From the NCBI GenBank assembly GCA_003152995.1, contig PMBR01000089.1, positions 45,893-109,892 on the forward strand: 64,000 nt of DNA. Direction: 5' to 3'. This stretch comes from Chloroflexota bacterium (GTDB taxonomy: Bacteria > Chloroflexota > Limnocylindria > Limnocylindrales > CSP1-4). Below are positions 1 to 9,567 of this stretch, one piece after another. Positions within the stretch are counted from its first letter, which is position 1. The number at the start of each line of letters is the position of its first letter. The notes below the pieces were generated by a model, which ran no database searches, was not told the origin of the DNA, and worked only from the letters and a program-made list of their open reading frames with translations. A program made the translations under genes and the position numbers.

Positions 1-2
1 AC

Positions 3-989
3 AGTGGTCAAGGCCGGTGTCGTGTACTCGGCCATCGGGAGGTCGTCGAAGCCGACGATGGAGATCTCGCCGGGCACGTCGAGGCCCATCTTGCGAGCAG
101 TGTGCAGCGCACCGATTGCGAGGACGTCGGTAGAGGCCATGATGGCCGTGGGGCGTTCCGGAAGATCCATCAGCGCCCGGAGGGCTCCCGCTCCGCCACC
201 GAGCGTATTCCGAGCATCGCGCACGAACACGGCGGGCGTGTCGAGGCCCTCAGCCGCGGCCCTCTCCAGGAATGCCACACGGCGCTCGCCGATATCGCCG
301 ATCAGGCGGCCTTCGACGAAAACACCGCCGATGAACGCTATCTTGCGGTGGCCGAGCCGGAGCAGGTGATCCATCAGACCGTCGACACCGAACTTGTTGT
401 CCACGCCGATGATCGAACTCCCGGGAGTGGGGGCCGTGCCCTGCCACATACCGACGACCGGGAAGTTGGTGTCCCGCAGATCCTCCATGAGACGCGGCTG
501 ATCGCTGGTATCTCCGAGGAGGAGGATGGCGTCGCAGTGGCGCGTCTCGAGGACGGTGCGCAGGGCGATGGCCTCCTCGGTGCGGCCGTGGGCATCGCCC
601 AGAACCACGTTGTATCCACGTCGGTTGGCCTCGGTGGAGATAGCGTCGACCGCGCCCGCGAAGAACGGATCCGTGATCTCGCGCACGATCACGCCCAGGA
701 GCATCGTGCGGGCGCCCCGGAGGCCGCGGGCCAGCGGGTTGGGGCGGTAGCGCATCTGCTTCGCGATCTCGAGGATCCGATCTCTCGTCGCCGGATTTAT
801 CGGGATCGCATTCGGGGCGCCTGTGAGAACCCGCGAGACGGTGCTCTGGGAGACGCCGCTGGCGTCGGCGATGTCCTGCATCGTCGGGACGCGCGGATGC
901 GCTGCTGCGCTCGAAACCCGGCCGACCGCCTGCGGCGGTGGAGAGCCGGAGTCCGGGCTGGCCGGATCGGTCGACTCGACTGCTCGCAT
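3..989 (-). CDS. LacI-family transcriptional regulator (3' end runs off the window)
   Basis: Not in the ORF track. Manual minus-strand translation gives HTH PTMQDIADASGVSQSTVSRVL, YRPNPLARGLRG and C-terminal GLDVPGEISIVGFDDLPMAEYTTPALTT. ATG at 989; alternative in-frame ATG at 1043. Confidence 0.93.
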   Translation of the reverse strand, partial: MRAVESTDPASPDSGSPPPQAVGRVSSAAAHPRVPTMQDIADASGVSQSTVSRVLTGAPNAIPINPATRDRILEIAKQMRYRPNPLARGLRGARTMLLGVIVREITDPFFAGAVDAISTEANRRGYNVVLGDAHGRTEEAIALRTVLETRHCDAILLLGDTSDQPRLMEDLRDTNFPVVGMWQGTAPTPGSSIIGVDNKFGVDGLMDHLLRLGHRKIAFIGGVFVEGRLIGDIGERRVAFLERAAAEGLDTPAVFVRDARNTLGGGAGALRALMDLPERPTAIMASTDVLAIGALHTARKMGLDVPGEISIVGFDDLPMAEYTTPALTT

Positions 990-1172
990 GGGGGAATTCC
1001 GGCGAGGCACGGCGGAACCGGGTTTCGGCCTTTCTATTGCCATAGTGTCGACTCGCTCCGTTTTGTGGAGCACTCGATTGTCGCCATTGATTGCGGCGAC
1101 ACTGTGACGGTGCATCCTCCCGTCACCGCGCCTCTCCTGGACAAGCTAACCCATCTGCTCAGGCGTGCGCGT

Positions 1173-1195
1173 GCAATCGAATGTAGCATACCATT
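1173..1195 (-). promoter_or_regulatory. 23-bp motif GCAATCGAATGTAGCATACCATT, copy 1 (candidate promoter/operator upstream of the LacI gene)
   Basis: Identical to 11630-11652. The minus strand reads TGGTATGCT, which resembles an extended -10 element. Confidence 0.7.
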
Positions 1196-1258
1196 TCCGG
1201 CATGGCCGGAACCCGCAACCGTACCTGCGCGGTTCCGCCACAGTTAGAAACGCTCGGT

Positions 1259-2452
1259 CTAGCGAGCGCCCATGAGCAGTTCCATGACCAGCTGGTCGAG
1301 GTGCTCGTTGCCGTAGCCACGGACGGCCAGGGCGTTTGGATCGCCGGGTGCGTCGCGCAGAGCGGCGGCCGACTCGGTCGAGTACGCGCCCACGGTCGGT
1401 TTGGCCAGCTCGGCGACGGACGAGTCGGCCAGGGCTGCCTGGATTTCCGGGTCGGCCGCGAACTGGCGGGCCTTGGCGCGCAGGATCAAGTACGTTCGCA
1501 TGCACCCGGCGGCGAAGTCCCAGACTCCCACCGCGTCTTCGTTCCGATAAGCGTGCGCGTCGAAATGGCGCGGACCCGCGTAGCCGGACTCCTCCAGCAG
1601 CTTGACCAGGAAGAAGGCGTCCTTGAGGCCTTCGGAGCCGAAGCGCAAGTCCTGGTCGTAGCGGCCGATCTTCTGGCCGTTGAGATCGATGTGGAAGAGC
1701 TTGCCGTGCCAGAGCGTCTGGGCGACGGCGTGATAGAAGCTCAATCCCGACATCGTCTCGTGAGCGGTCTCAGGGTTGAGGCCGACCATCTCGGGATGCT
1801 CGAGCGCGCCGATGAAGGCCAGGGCGTGGCCGACCGTGGGCAGGAACGTGTCGCCCCGCGGTTCGTTCGGCTTGGGTTCGATCGCGAACCGCATGGGGTA
1901 CTTGCGGTCGAGGACGTAACCGCACAGGAAGTCGATCGCCTCGCGGTATCGATCCAGCGCGTCGGCGGGTCGCTTTGCGGCCATGGCCTCGACGCCTTCG
2001 CGGCCACCCCAGAAGACGTACGTCGGCGCGCCCAGCTCAGCCCCAATGTCGATAGCACGCATCGTCTTGGCGATCGCATAGCGGCGCACGGCCCGGTCGT
2101 TGCTGGTAAAGGCGCCGTCTTTGAAGACGGGGTGGCCGAACAGGTTGGTCGTCGCCATGGACACGACCAACCCGGTCTCATCGAGGGTCCCCTTGAAACG
2201 GCCGACGATCTCGTCCCGCTCGTGAAGGGAGGAGCCGAACGGGACGAGATCGTCGTCGTGCATGGAGATGCCGAAGGCGCCGAGCTCGGCGAGCTTGCGG
2301 ACCGAATCGTTGGGGTCGAGGCGCGCACGGGTGTTGTCGCCGAACGGATCGCGGCCGGAGTTGCCCACGGTCCAGAGCCCGAAGCTAAATTTGTCGGCGG
2401 GGGTGGGCGTCAGGGCGCTATCGGCGCTCGCGCCGCCCTTGAAATGGATCAT
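1259..2452 (-). CDS. xylA: Xylose isomerase (class I, actinobacterial type)
   Basis: [58 protein letters not shown] motifs. Confidence 0.97.
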   Translation of the reverse strand: MIHFKGGASADSALTPTPADKFSFGLWTVGNSGRDPFGDNTRARLDPNDSVRKLAELGAFGISMHDDDLVPFGSSLHERDEIVGRFKGTLDETGLVVSMATTNLFGHPVFKDGAFTSNDRAVRRYAIAKTMRAIDIGAELGAPTYVFWGGREGVEAMAAKRPADALDRYREAIDFLCGYVLDRKYPMRFAIEPKPNEPRGDTFLPTVGHALAFIGALEHPEMVGLNPETAHETMSGLSFYHAVAQTLWHGKLFHIDLNGQKIGRYDQDLRFGSEGLKDAFFLVKLLEESGYAGPRHFDAHAYRNEDAVGVWDFAAGCMRTYLILRAKARQFAADPEIQAALADSSVAELAKPTVGAYSTESAAALRDAPGDPNALAVRGYGNEHLDQLVMELLMGAR

Positions 2453-2690
2453 GACTCCGAACCTCCTGTAGGCAACCTATCCGTTTTCAGCCGCGCAACC
2501 CAGCGGCGGGAACGTGCCCGTGCTGCTCCTCCGATGGCCGGAGCGGCGTGGCCGGACCGGCCGCGACCTCTTCCTCGTGGCTCTCGGTGATCCGCCGGAC
2601 CCGTTGAATCGAACAACACATGCCAGGTCGCTCAGGATCCACGAAAAGACTAGGCGGCGCGCCCTACGCCATTCAAGTCCCGAGCGACTC

Positions 2691-2722
2691 TTGACCGCCA
2701 GAGGGGCATGCGTATGCTACAT
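2691..2722 (+). promoter_or_regulatory. Putative sigma70 promoter of xylFHG (TTGACC-16 bp-TATGCT) overlapping the GTATGCTACAT core motif
   Basis: TTGACC at 2691-2696 and TATGCT at 2713-2718. The 11-bp core at 2712-2722 is shared with the motifs at 1173 and 11630. Confidence 0.6.
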
Positions 2723-2839
2723 AGGTATGCACCCCTGTCGGGGCCGGAAATGGATAGGAGGAATGAAGCCCAAGATCGGAGACCGCAAACCTATCCGGAG
2801 ACAATCCCCGGTGATTTGCAATGGAGGAGGAAGGAACCA

Positions 2840-3988
2840 ATGAGGATCAATAGCAGAGCTGTTGCTCTCGTCTCGATTGCCGCACTCGTGGCCTCGGCCT
2901 GTTCCAGCTCGGCCACCCCGAGCCCGGTGGCCACCACAACGGTTACCGCGGCGCCCACCCCGGTAGTCACCCCGGTGGTCACCCCGGTGGCCACAGCCAA
3001 GCCTTGCACCGTCGGCGTTTCCTGGAACAACTACGCGGAAGAGCGCTGGGCGAAGTGGGATGAGCCGGCGATCCAGAAGGCCCTCACCAAGGGCGGCGCC
3101 AAGTACATCTCGAACGACGCCAAGTCCTCGGCCGACACTCAGCTCTCGAACGTCGACGCGCTCATCAACCAGGGCGCCAACGTCGTGATCATCCTTGCCC
3201 AGGACGGAGTGGCCATCGAGCCGGCCGTCAAGAAGGCCCTCGCAGCCGGCGTGCCGGTCATCGCCTATGACCGCCTGATCAATGATCCTGGCACGTTCTA
3301 CATCACCTTCAACAACGTCCTGGTCGGCAACCTGCAGGCCGCGGCACTGCTGAAGGTCAAGAGCTCCGGCAACTTCGTCGTCATCAAGGGCAACAAGGCC
3401 GACGCGAACGCGGACTTCCTCCGCTCGGGCATGGTCCAGGCCGGTCTCCCGGATGTGGGCCAGTCGACCGCCACCCTCAAGAACGTCGGTGAGACCTACA
3501 CCGACAACTGGGATCCGGCCAACGCCCAGACCGAGATGGAGCAGTTCCTCACCAAGAACAACAACAAGATCGACATCGCCTTCGTTGAGAACGACGGCAT
3601 GGCCGGCGGCGTCATCGCCGCTCTCAAGTCGCAGGGCCTGGCGGGCACCGTTCCGGTCTCCGGCCAGGACGGCGACGCCGCCGCTCTGAACCGAATCGCC
3701 CTTGGAACCCAGACCGTCGACGTCTGGAAGGACGCCCGCATGCTCGGTGACGCCGCCGGACAGGCTGCCGTTGAGCTCTGCGCCGGCACGGCGTTGGCTA
3801 GCATCACGACCGACAATTACGGTCCGGCTAAGCCCTTCACCACCGCCGGGATGACCTTCAACTCGATCCTGCTCACGCCTGACGCAATCACCCAGGCCAA
3901 CCTGCAGGATGTCCTTACCGCCAACTGGATCGACAAGGCCACTCTCTGCAAGGACGTGAAGGCCGGCACGGTCGCCGTCTGCGGCTGA
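2840..3988 (+). CDS. xylF: Xylose ABC transporter substrate-binding lipoprotein
   Basis: GGAGGAAGGA RBS, lipobox LVASAC, EERWAKWD, VIAYDRLI, VSGQDGD; divergent from xylA. Confidence 0.88.
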   Translation: MRINSRAVALVSIAALVASACSSSATPSPVATTTVTAAPTPVVTPVVTPVATAKPCTVGVSWNNYAEERWAKWDEPAIQKALTKGGAKYISNDAKSSADTQLSNVDALINQGANVVIILAQDGVAIEPAVKKALAAGVPVIAYDRLINDPGTFYITFNNVLVGNLQAAALLKVKSSGNFVVIKGNKADANADFLRSGMVQAGLPDVGQSTATLKNVGETYTDNWDPANAQTEMEQFLTKNNNKIDIAFVENDGMAGGVIAALKSQGLAGTVPVSGQDGDAAALNRIALGTQTVDVWKDARMLGDAAGQAAVELCAGTALASITTDNYGPAKPFTTAGMTFNSILLTPDAITQANLQDVLTANWIDKATLCKDVKAGTVAVCG

Positions 3989-4016
3989 TCTGAATACGCG
4001 TTCCTAGCGACTCTCA

Positions 4017-4053
4017 CGCGCCCTGCACCCGGGAACCCGCGGTGCAGGGCGCG
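4017..4053 (+). terminator. 13-bp perfect stem-loop after xylF (partial terminator or mRNA stabiliser)
   Basis: CGCGCCCTGCACC ... GGTGCAGGGCGCG inverted repeat; no U-tract. Confidence 0.55.
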
Positions 4054-4103
4054 CTACTATGAAGGTCGGCAACTTTGGTCTCAGGCCACTCGAGAGGGTC
4101 ACG

Positions 4104-5459
4104 ATGACTCAGGCAAACGGAGAAGTGCAGGCGGCCATCACGCAGGCGCCTCAATCGGCCTGGACGCGGGGGATGAGGCCGATCCGGGCGCTCTCCGACG
4201 GCCTTAAAGCCGGCTCGAGGACGATGGAGGTCGACCTCCGGCTGGCCGGCATGATCGTGGCGTTGGTTGCCATCTGGATCGGCTTCGGATGGGCCTCCGG
4301 CGGGCTGTTCCTCACGCCCAGAAACTTCTATGACGTTTCCGTCCAGAGCGTTCCGGTCGCGATCATGGCGACCGGCATGGTCCTGATCATCGTCTCTCGG
4401 AACATCGACCTCTCGGTGGGCTCGATAATGGGCCTGACTGCCTACGTCGCGGCCATGACGCAGCGGATCTGGCTCACCCAGGACCTCGGCCTCCCATACA
4501 ACGGGTTCGAGATCTGGATCATCGCGATACTGGCGGCCGTTGCGGTCGGGGCGCTGATCGGCGCCATCCAGGGCGGTCTCACCGCCTATATCGGGATTCC
4601 ATCCTTCGTCGTCACCCTCGCCGGTCTCCTGGTCTGGCGCGGCCTCATCTTCAAGCTCCAGCAGGGCCAGACCATCGCACCGATGGACCAGACGTTCGCG
4701 ATCTTCGGAGGCAACCTGCCGCAGGGCAGTCTCGGCCTCTGGCCCACATGGATAGTCGGTATCCTGCTGTGCGCGGGGATCGTCTACGCCCTGGTAGCAA
4801 GCCGCCGCAAACGCCGGGAGTACGGTTTCCCCGTCCGGCCGCAGTGGGCTATGGCCATCCTCATCGTCGGCGGCTGCGCGGCCGTTCTGGGCGCGATGTG
4901 GGCCTACAACAGCTACCCGCTTCCTCTGCTGCTGACGCGGCAGTACGCGGTGGCGCACGGCCTCAACCCGGACGGCCTGGTCATCTCGGTCGGTCTCGCA
5001 GCCCCCGTCCTGCTGCTGCTCGGCATCGGCCTCGTCATGGGTTTCCTGACGACCCGGCGGCCGTTCGGTCGCTACGTCTTCGCGATCGGCGGCAACCCCG
5101 ACGCAGCCAACCTCGCCGGCATCAATACCAAGCGGACGATCCTCGGTACGTTCGTTCTGATGGGCGTACTGTGCGCCCTCGCCGGCTGCATTCAGGCCTC
5201 ACGACTCGACGCGGGTGTAACCAGCACCGGCACGGGCTACGAACTGCTCGTGATCGCCGCGGCGGTTCTTGGCGGCACCTCGTTTTCGGGCGGCATCGGC
5301 ACCATCCAGGGCGCTGTCCTGGGCGCCGTGCTCATGCAATCGCTCAAGTCGGGCATGGTCACCATAGGTCTGGACTCGCCGATGCAGGACGTCGCGGTAG
5401 GCTGCGTCCTCGTGTTCGCGGTCGGCCTCGACACCATCGTCCATCGGCGCGCCAAGTAG
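4104..5459 (+). CDS. xylH: Xylose ABC transporter permease
   Basis: [52 protein letters not shown]; many TM segments. Confidence 0.9.
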   Translation: MTQANGEVQAAITQAPQSAWTRGMRPIRALSDGLKAGSRTMEVDLRLAGMIVALVAIWIGFGWASGGLFLTPRNFYDVSVQSVPVAIMATGMVLIIVSRNIDLSVGSIMGLTAYVAAMTQRIWLTQDLGLPYNGFEIWIIAILAAVAVGALIGAIQGGLTAYIGIPSFVVTLAGLLVWRGLIFKLQQGQTIAPMDQTFAIFGGNLPQGSLGLWPTWIVGILLCAGIVYALVASRRKRREYGFPVRPQWAMAILIVGGCAAVLGAMWAYNSYPLPLLLTRQYAVAHGLNPDGLVISVGLAAPVLLLLGIGLVMGFLTTRRPFGRYVFAIGGNPDAANLAGINTKRTILGTFVLMGVLCALAGCIQASRLDAGVTSTGTGYELLVIAAAVLGGTSFSGGIGTIQGAVLGAVLMQSLKSGMVTIGLDSPMQDVAVGCVLVFAVGLDTIVHRRAK

Positions 5460-5473
5460 GCCAGGAGCAACAG

Positions 5474-6295
5474 ATGAGCATCGCACCCAATCCCGATCTC
5501 GTCGCCGCACCGGCCGCCGTGGAACCGCCCCTGGTCGAGATGCGCGACATATGCGTCGCCTTCGGTGGCGTGCACGCGGTCCAAGATGTGACAGTTGATC
5601 TGCGGGCAGGCGAGGTCGTAGGCCTCGTCGGTGGCAACGGCGCTGGCAAGACCACCCTCATCCGCACCCTGTCCGGCGCCCGTCCCGGCGACTCGGGCCA
5701 GATCTTCCTCAGTGGCCGACCCGTCTCCATTCCGGACCCGCGCACCGCGAAGGCGCTGGGCATCGAGACGATCTACCAGAACCTGGCCCTCGCTGAGAAC
5801 GTCGACGCGTCGGCCAACTTCTACCTCGGCCGGGAGCTCAAGAGCCGGTTGGGCTCGCTCGACGACACGGCGATGGAGTCGGCCACCCGCAAGGTCCTGG
5901 GCCGGCTCAACCCCAACTTCAAGAACTTCAAGACGCCGGTGGTATCGCTTTCAGGCGGCCAGCGGCAGTCCATCGCCATCGGCCGCGCGATCCACTTCAA
6001 TGCCCGGATCCTGATCATGGACGAGCCGACGGCGGCGTTGGGCCCGGCCGAGACGGTCCAGGTTCGCGAGGTGATCAAGCAGCTCAAGTCCGAGGGCATC
6101 GGCATCTTCCTGATCAGCCACGACATCCACGATGTCTTCGATCTCGCCGATCGGATCAGCGTGATGCTCCACGGCAAGCTGGTCGGCACGGTCAACAAGT
6201 CAGATGTCACGACCGACGAAGTCCTGGCCATGATCATCATGGGCAAGATGCCCGGCGAGGTCACGCAGAAGGAACTCGCCCAGCTACACAGCTGA
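5474..6295 (+). CDS. xylG: Sugar ABC transporter ATP-binding protein (single NBD)
   Basis: AGGAG RBS, Walker [17 protein letters not shown], Walker B ILIMDEPT. Confidence 0.88.
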   Translation: MSIAPNPDLVAAPAAVEPPLVEMRDICVAFGGVHAVQDVTVDLRAGEVVGLVGGNGAGKTTLIRTLSGARPGDSGQIFLSGRPVSIPDPRTAKALGIETIYQNLALAENVDASANFYLGRELKSRLGSLDDTAMESATRKVLGRLNPNFKNFKTPVVSLSGGQRQSIAIGRAIHFNARILIMDEPTAALGPAETVQVREVIKQLKSEGIGIFLISHDIHDVFDLADRISVMLHGKLVGTVNKSDVTTDEVLAMIIMGKMPGEVTQKELAQLHS

Positions 6296-6336
6296 ACAGG
6301 CGACGCGTCCGGTCGCCCGGTTCGAAGTTCCTCGCC

Positions 6337-6361
6337 ACGAGCCCGCCGTCGGCGGGCTCGT
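6337..6361. terminator. Stem-loop between convergent genes (candidate bidirectional terminator)
   Basis: ACGAGCCCGCC-GTC-GGCGGGCTCGT, 11-bp stem. Confidence 0.55.
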
Positions 6362-6466
6362 CCGATTCACCACGGGTCACCGATCCGAGCGAGGAATGGT
6401 CCATCGCGCGGTAGGAGCGCGGCCGGGCAGCTACCGGCCGTTCCGTCCGGGCGTGGTCCGCGGCGT

Positions 6467-7843
6467 CTAGACGGCCAGACTCATGGCTCGGTCCGGGCGG
6501 AGAAGGAACGGCGGCAGATAGGCCGGCATGTTCGAGAACGGCAGCACGTCCGGGTGGAGAGCGATCCCGAGGACGTCGTTCATGAACTGCCGCCGCGCCT
6601 GGATCCGCTGCCACGCGGCCGGATGGCCGGCCGCAAACGCCTCGCGCAGCGACTGATCGGCCAGGGCCAGGCCGTCCTCGAGGTTGGTGGTGAAGTAGTC
6701 GGTTCCTGTCGCCGGGATGATGTCCACCTGGAGCGCCATTCCTGAACGCAACTCAACTCGCGAGCCCCGGGCTATCGGGGAGTTGACCCACTCGTCGAGG
6801 TGAATCTGGTGGCCCGGGTTGAGGGAGATCCCGAAGAACGGATCGCCGAGGTGCCGATCGATGATCTCCCAGAGGGCGCCGCCGGTCTGGCCGACGTGAA
6901 GCGCGCCATACCACTCGGCGACGGCCTCGAAGTACGGACCGACGAGGCGCTCGACGTAGTCCGCGATGCCGGACGGCAACTCGTTTGGACCGTCCATCAC
7001 GAACCCGGCCCTGCAGTTGAGCGCGCCCCAGACGCCGAATCCGACGGTGAACCTGTCGCCCCTTACGATCCGACGGTCCCCCGGGCTGAGCAGCCCGAGC
7101 GAGGCCCGCGGACCGCCCGTCAGCATCAAGTGGCATGACAGCGGCATGCCGTTCCAGTGCAGGAGACGGACCGCCTCGCTTTCACTCATCCCGGGCTGAA
7201 GCCCGAGCAGAAGGCGCCGAACGCCATCGGATGTCTGACAGGCCGCGTACTCGAAGGCAGCGAGCTGTTCGACCTCGTTGATCACGCGCAGCCCGTCGGC
7301 GGCGTCGATCATCATGCTCGTGGCGTTCTCGACCACGCCGGTCGGGCCGGTGAGGCGCCTCAGTTCGTCCACGAGGTACGCCGGGGCGTCGATCGTCTCG
7401 CGGCCCGCATACGTCTTCCCGGCGATCACGCCGACGTGGCTGCCCCGCCCGATGCCCTCATCGGCGAGGATCTCGGCCAAAGGCCGGGATCGATCGCGGG
7501 GTTGACCGGGCAAGCTGAGATCCTGGAACAGCACCGGCCGCATCTTCAGAGGCGCCTGAGCCGCCATCCCGTAGCACTCGTTGCCGACGAGGATCGCCGG
7601 TTCGCCGGTCGAGCCCAGCAGGAAGATCGATTCCTCGAAACGGGGGTCGAAGCCGCTCAGGTAGGCCAGGCTGGCGCTGTGCTCGCGGTCGGCATAGACG
7701 ACGAGCCAGTCGTAGGCGCCTCTCTCGGCGCGCTCCCGCAACCTGGCCACGCGGGCCGTGTACAAACCTGCGGGGATCTCCGGCCGAGCCTCCGGCATCC
7801 CGAATTCCGGCATGCCGATCTCGGCGAGCCGCGCCTTCAGCAT
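6467..7843 (-). CDS. M24 (pita-bread fold) aminopeptidase-P/creatinase-like protein with a non-canonical metal site
   Basis: Creatinase-N-like start (RVARLRERA..YDWLVVY..YLSGF); C-terminal NPGHQIHLDEW, GMALQVDIIP, NLEDGLAL. Confidence 0.7.
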   Translation of the reverse strand: MLKARLAEIGMPEFGMPEARPEIPAGLYTARVARLRERAERGAYDWLVVYADREHSASLAYLSGFDPRFEESIFLLGSTGEPAILVGNECYGMAAQAPLKMRPVLFQDLSLPGQPRDRSRPLAEILADEGIGRGSHVGVIAGKTYAGRETIDAPAYLVDELRRLTGPTGVVENATSMMIDAADGLRVINEVEQLAAFEYAACQTSDGVRRLLLGLQPGMSESEAVRLLHWNGMPLSCHLMLTGGPRASLGLLSPGDRRIVRGDRFTVGFGVWGALNCRAGFVMDGPNELPSGIADYVERLVGPYFEAVAEWYGALHVGQTGGALWEIIDRHLGDPFFGISLNPGHQIHLDEWVNSPIARGSRVELRSGMALQVDIIPATGTDYFTTNLEDGLALADQSLREAFAAGHPAAWQRIQARRQFMNDVLGIALHPDVLPFSNMPAYLPPFLLRPDRAMSLAV

Positions 7844-7859
7844 CGATGCACTCTTCCGT

Positions 7860-9521
7860 TCATCCCTTTGGGGGCGACCACGGGTGCGCGTCGGTCGCGC
7901 CCCGTTCGATGTCGACGAACTGGTTCGCGGTCACGGTCATCCACGGCCCGGTCTCGCCGTCCGGCCACTGGACGCGGACCTGGGCGGCGGCGCCCGGGCC
8001 GAGCCCGAAGTGGGTCCAACCGAGCTGGCCGCCGGCGTGACCGCCGCCGATGGTCAATTCGCGCCGCATCGTCACGTCGCCGACCTGGACCTCGATCCAG
8101 GATCCGACGGCGTCCCTGTTGGGTCCTGGCTGGCCAGTTTGGATTGCGAGCCAGTTGCCCATCTGGGCAGGCTTGCTGGTATCGCCCGAACCCACATTCC
8201 GCCAGACCTTCACCGCCGTGCCGTAGTTGACTTCGACAAGGTCCAGCATGCCGTCCATGTTGAAGTCGGCCAGAGCGGCCCCGCGGCCACGCTCGTAGTT
8301 GAGAATCCCGGCGGTATCGGCCCCTTCCTTGAAGGTCCCGTCGGGCTGACCGAGGAACAGGTTGTTCGGATCCTTCTGGGCGTAGTCGGGCTGGGCGCTG
8401 ACGTTGCCCTTGGAGATGAACAGGTCGATGAAGCCGTCGTTGTTGACGTCCTGAAACTCGGGGTGCCATGCCGTCGAAGGCAGGACGTCGCCCCCCGTGA
8501 AGGGCTGGGCTGCGTTCACGCCGCGCTTGAATGCGATGTCGCGATACGTCGGCTGATCCGGGCCCAGGGTCAGAGTCTGGAGCTTGTTGTCGCCCTGGCT
8601 GGTCAGGAAGAAGTCTGGATAGCCGTCGCCGGTTACGTCATAGCTGGCGATGCCCATGCCGAAGATCTGCATTGACACCCAGCCGTTGGCATCGGTGTAC
8701 TGGCTCGGAGCCTCGCCGGCCGCGACCCTCCAGAGCTGATCCTCGCCATTGACGTAGTAGTTGCGGTCGTTGCTGACTCTCAAGTCGCGCCGTCCGGAGC
8801 GGTCCCAGTCGGTGAACAGCATCGATAGGGAGCAGTAGCCGGGCGTGAGCACGATGGGTGGGCCATAGCTGCTGCCGTCGGTCTTCGGCCGCCACAGAGC
8901 ATTGTCCGCGCAATCCATCGTCGGCGCTCCCGTGGCGTCGAGCTTGAGGTAGTGTCCAACGGCCAGCGTCGGCAATTGGGCCGAGCCCTCCCATTTCGCG
9001 CTGAACGACGTCGTCCAGGCGTTGCCGTCGTCGAAGGACAATGCCGAGTTCGCCGGTTCGAAGCGGCAGTTCCCAAGCCCGCGAAGAAGCTGCGCTCCGC
9101 CGACGCGCAGAACCGCCAGATCCACGTTGCCGTCGCCGTCGATGTCGATCGGGTAGGCGCCGGTAACTCCGGTGAGATCCGTGGCCGGATTGCTCAATCT
9201 CGTGAACTTCAGGGCGCCGCCGGTCGGACTGTCGTTCCGATAGAGGGCCGCGGTGTTGCTCCCGCCCGCAAAGTAAATGTCCGGCCTGCCGTCGCCGTTG
9301 CAGTCGAACACAGCGACACCTCCGCCCACGGCGAACGTCGCGCCGCCGTCGTAGACCTGGTCCACACCCGCCGCCGACGTTTCGTCGACGAAGTGAGGCG
9401 GACCCGATGCGGTCGTCGGCGTGGCCACGCCCTGTCGGATCACCCCGAAGCCAATGACAGCCGCGCCCACGAGTGAAACAGCCACCGCGGCGGCGATGAG
9501 ACCCAGGAGCCTGCGGCTCAC
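7860..9521 (-). CDS. Secreted CRTAC1-family protein (FG-GAP/VCBS repeats + C-terminal ASPIC/UnbV domain)
   Basis: N-terminal signal/TM; repeated DxNGDGxxD motifs (DCNGDGRPDI, DIDGDGNVDL, DVTGDGYPDF, DVNNDGFIDL, DFNMDGMLDL); C-terminal NRDAVGS..GGGHAGG..HFGLG..VQWPDG; GTG start at 9521 chosen. Confidence 0.9.
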   Translation of the reverse strand: MSRRLLGLIAAAVAVSLVGAAVIGFGVIRQGVATPTTASGPPHFVDETSAAGVDQVYDGGATFAVGGGVAVFDCNGDGRPDIYFAGGSNTAALYRNDSPTGGALKFTRLSNPATDLTGVTGAYPIDIDGDGNVDLAVLRVGGAQLLRGLGNCRFEPANSALSFDDGNAWTTSFSAKWEGSAQLPTLAVGHYLKLDATGAPTMDCADNALWRPKTDGSSYGPPIVLTPGYCSLSMLFTDWDRSGRRDLRVSNDRNYYVNGEDQLWRVAAGEAPSQYTDANGWVSMQIFGMGIASYDVTGDGYPDFFLTSQGDNKLQTLTLGPDQPTYRDIAFKRGVNAAQPFTGGDVLPSTAWHPEFQDVNNDGFIDLFISKGNVSAQPDYAQKDPNNLFLGQPDGTFKEGADTAGILNYERGRGAALADFNMDGMLDLVEVNYGTAVKVWRNVGSGDTSKPAQMGNWLAIQTGQPGPNRDAVGSWIEVQVGDVTMRRELTIGGGHAGGQLGWTHFGLGPGAAAQVRVQWPDGETGPWMTVTANQFVDIERGATDAHPWSPPKG

Positions 9522-9567
9522 GTGATCGCCCGAGTCCTTGGATCCGGCAGGTCCGAGCGCACCCGCC

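Noticed and set aside
102..2590. Long plus-strand ORFs 102-1247 and 1202-2590
   Set aside because: Antisense shadows of the LacI gene and xylA; no recognisable motifs; expected in high-GC DNA
4748..5473. Long N-terminal extensions in the ORF track (xylG, response regulator, menB, menE, AKR, fucI, phosphoesterase, MFS)
   Set aside because: They overlap upstream genes; downstream starts with an RBS or stop-start coupling fit family lengths, so these are not fusions
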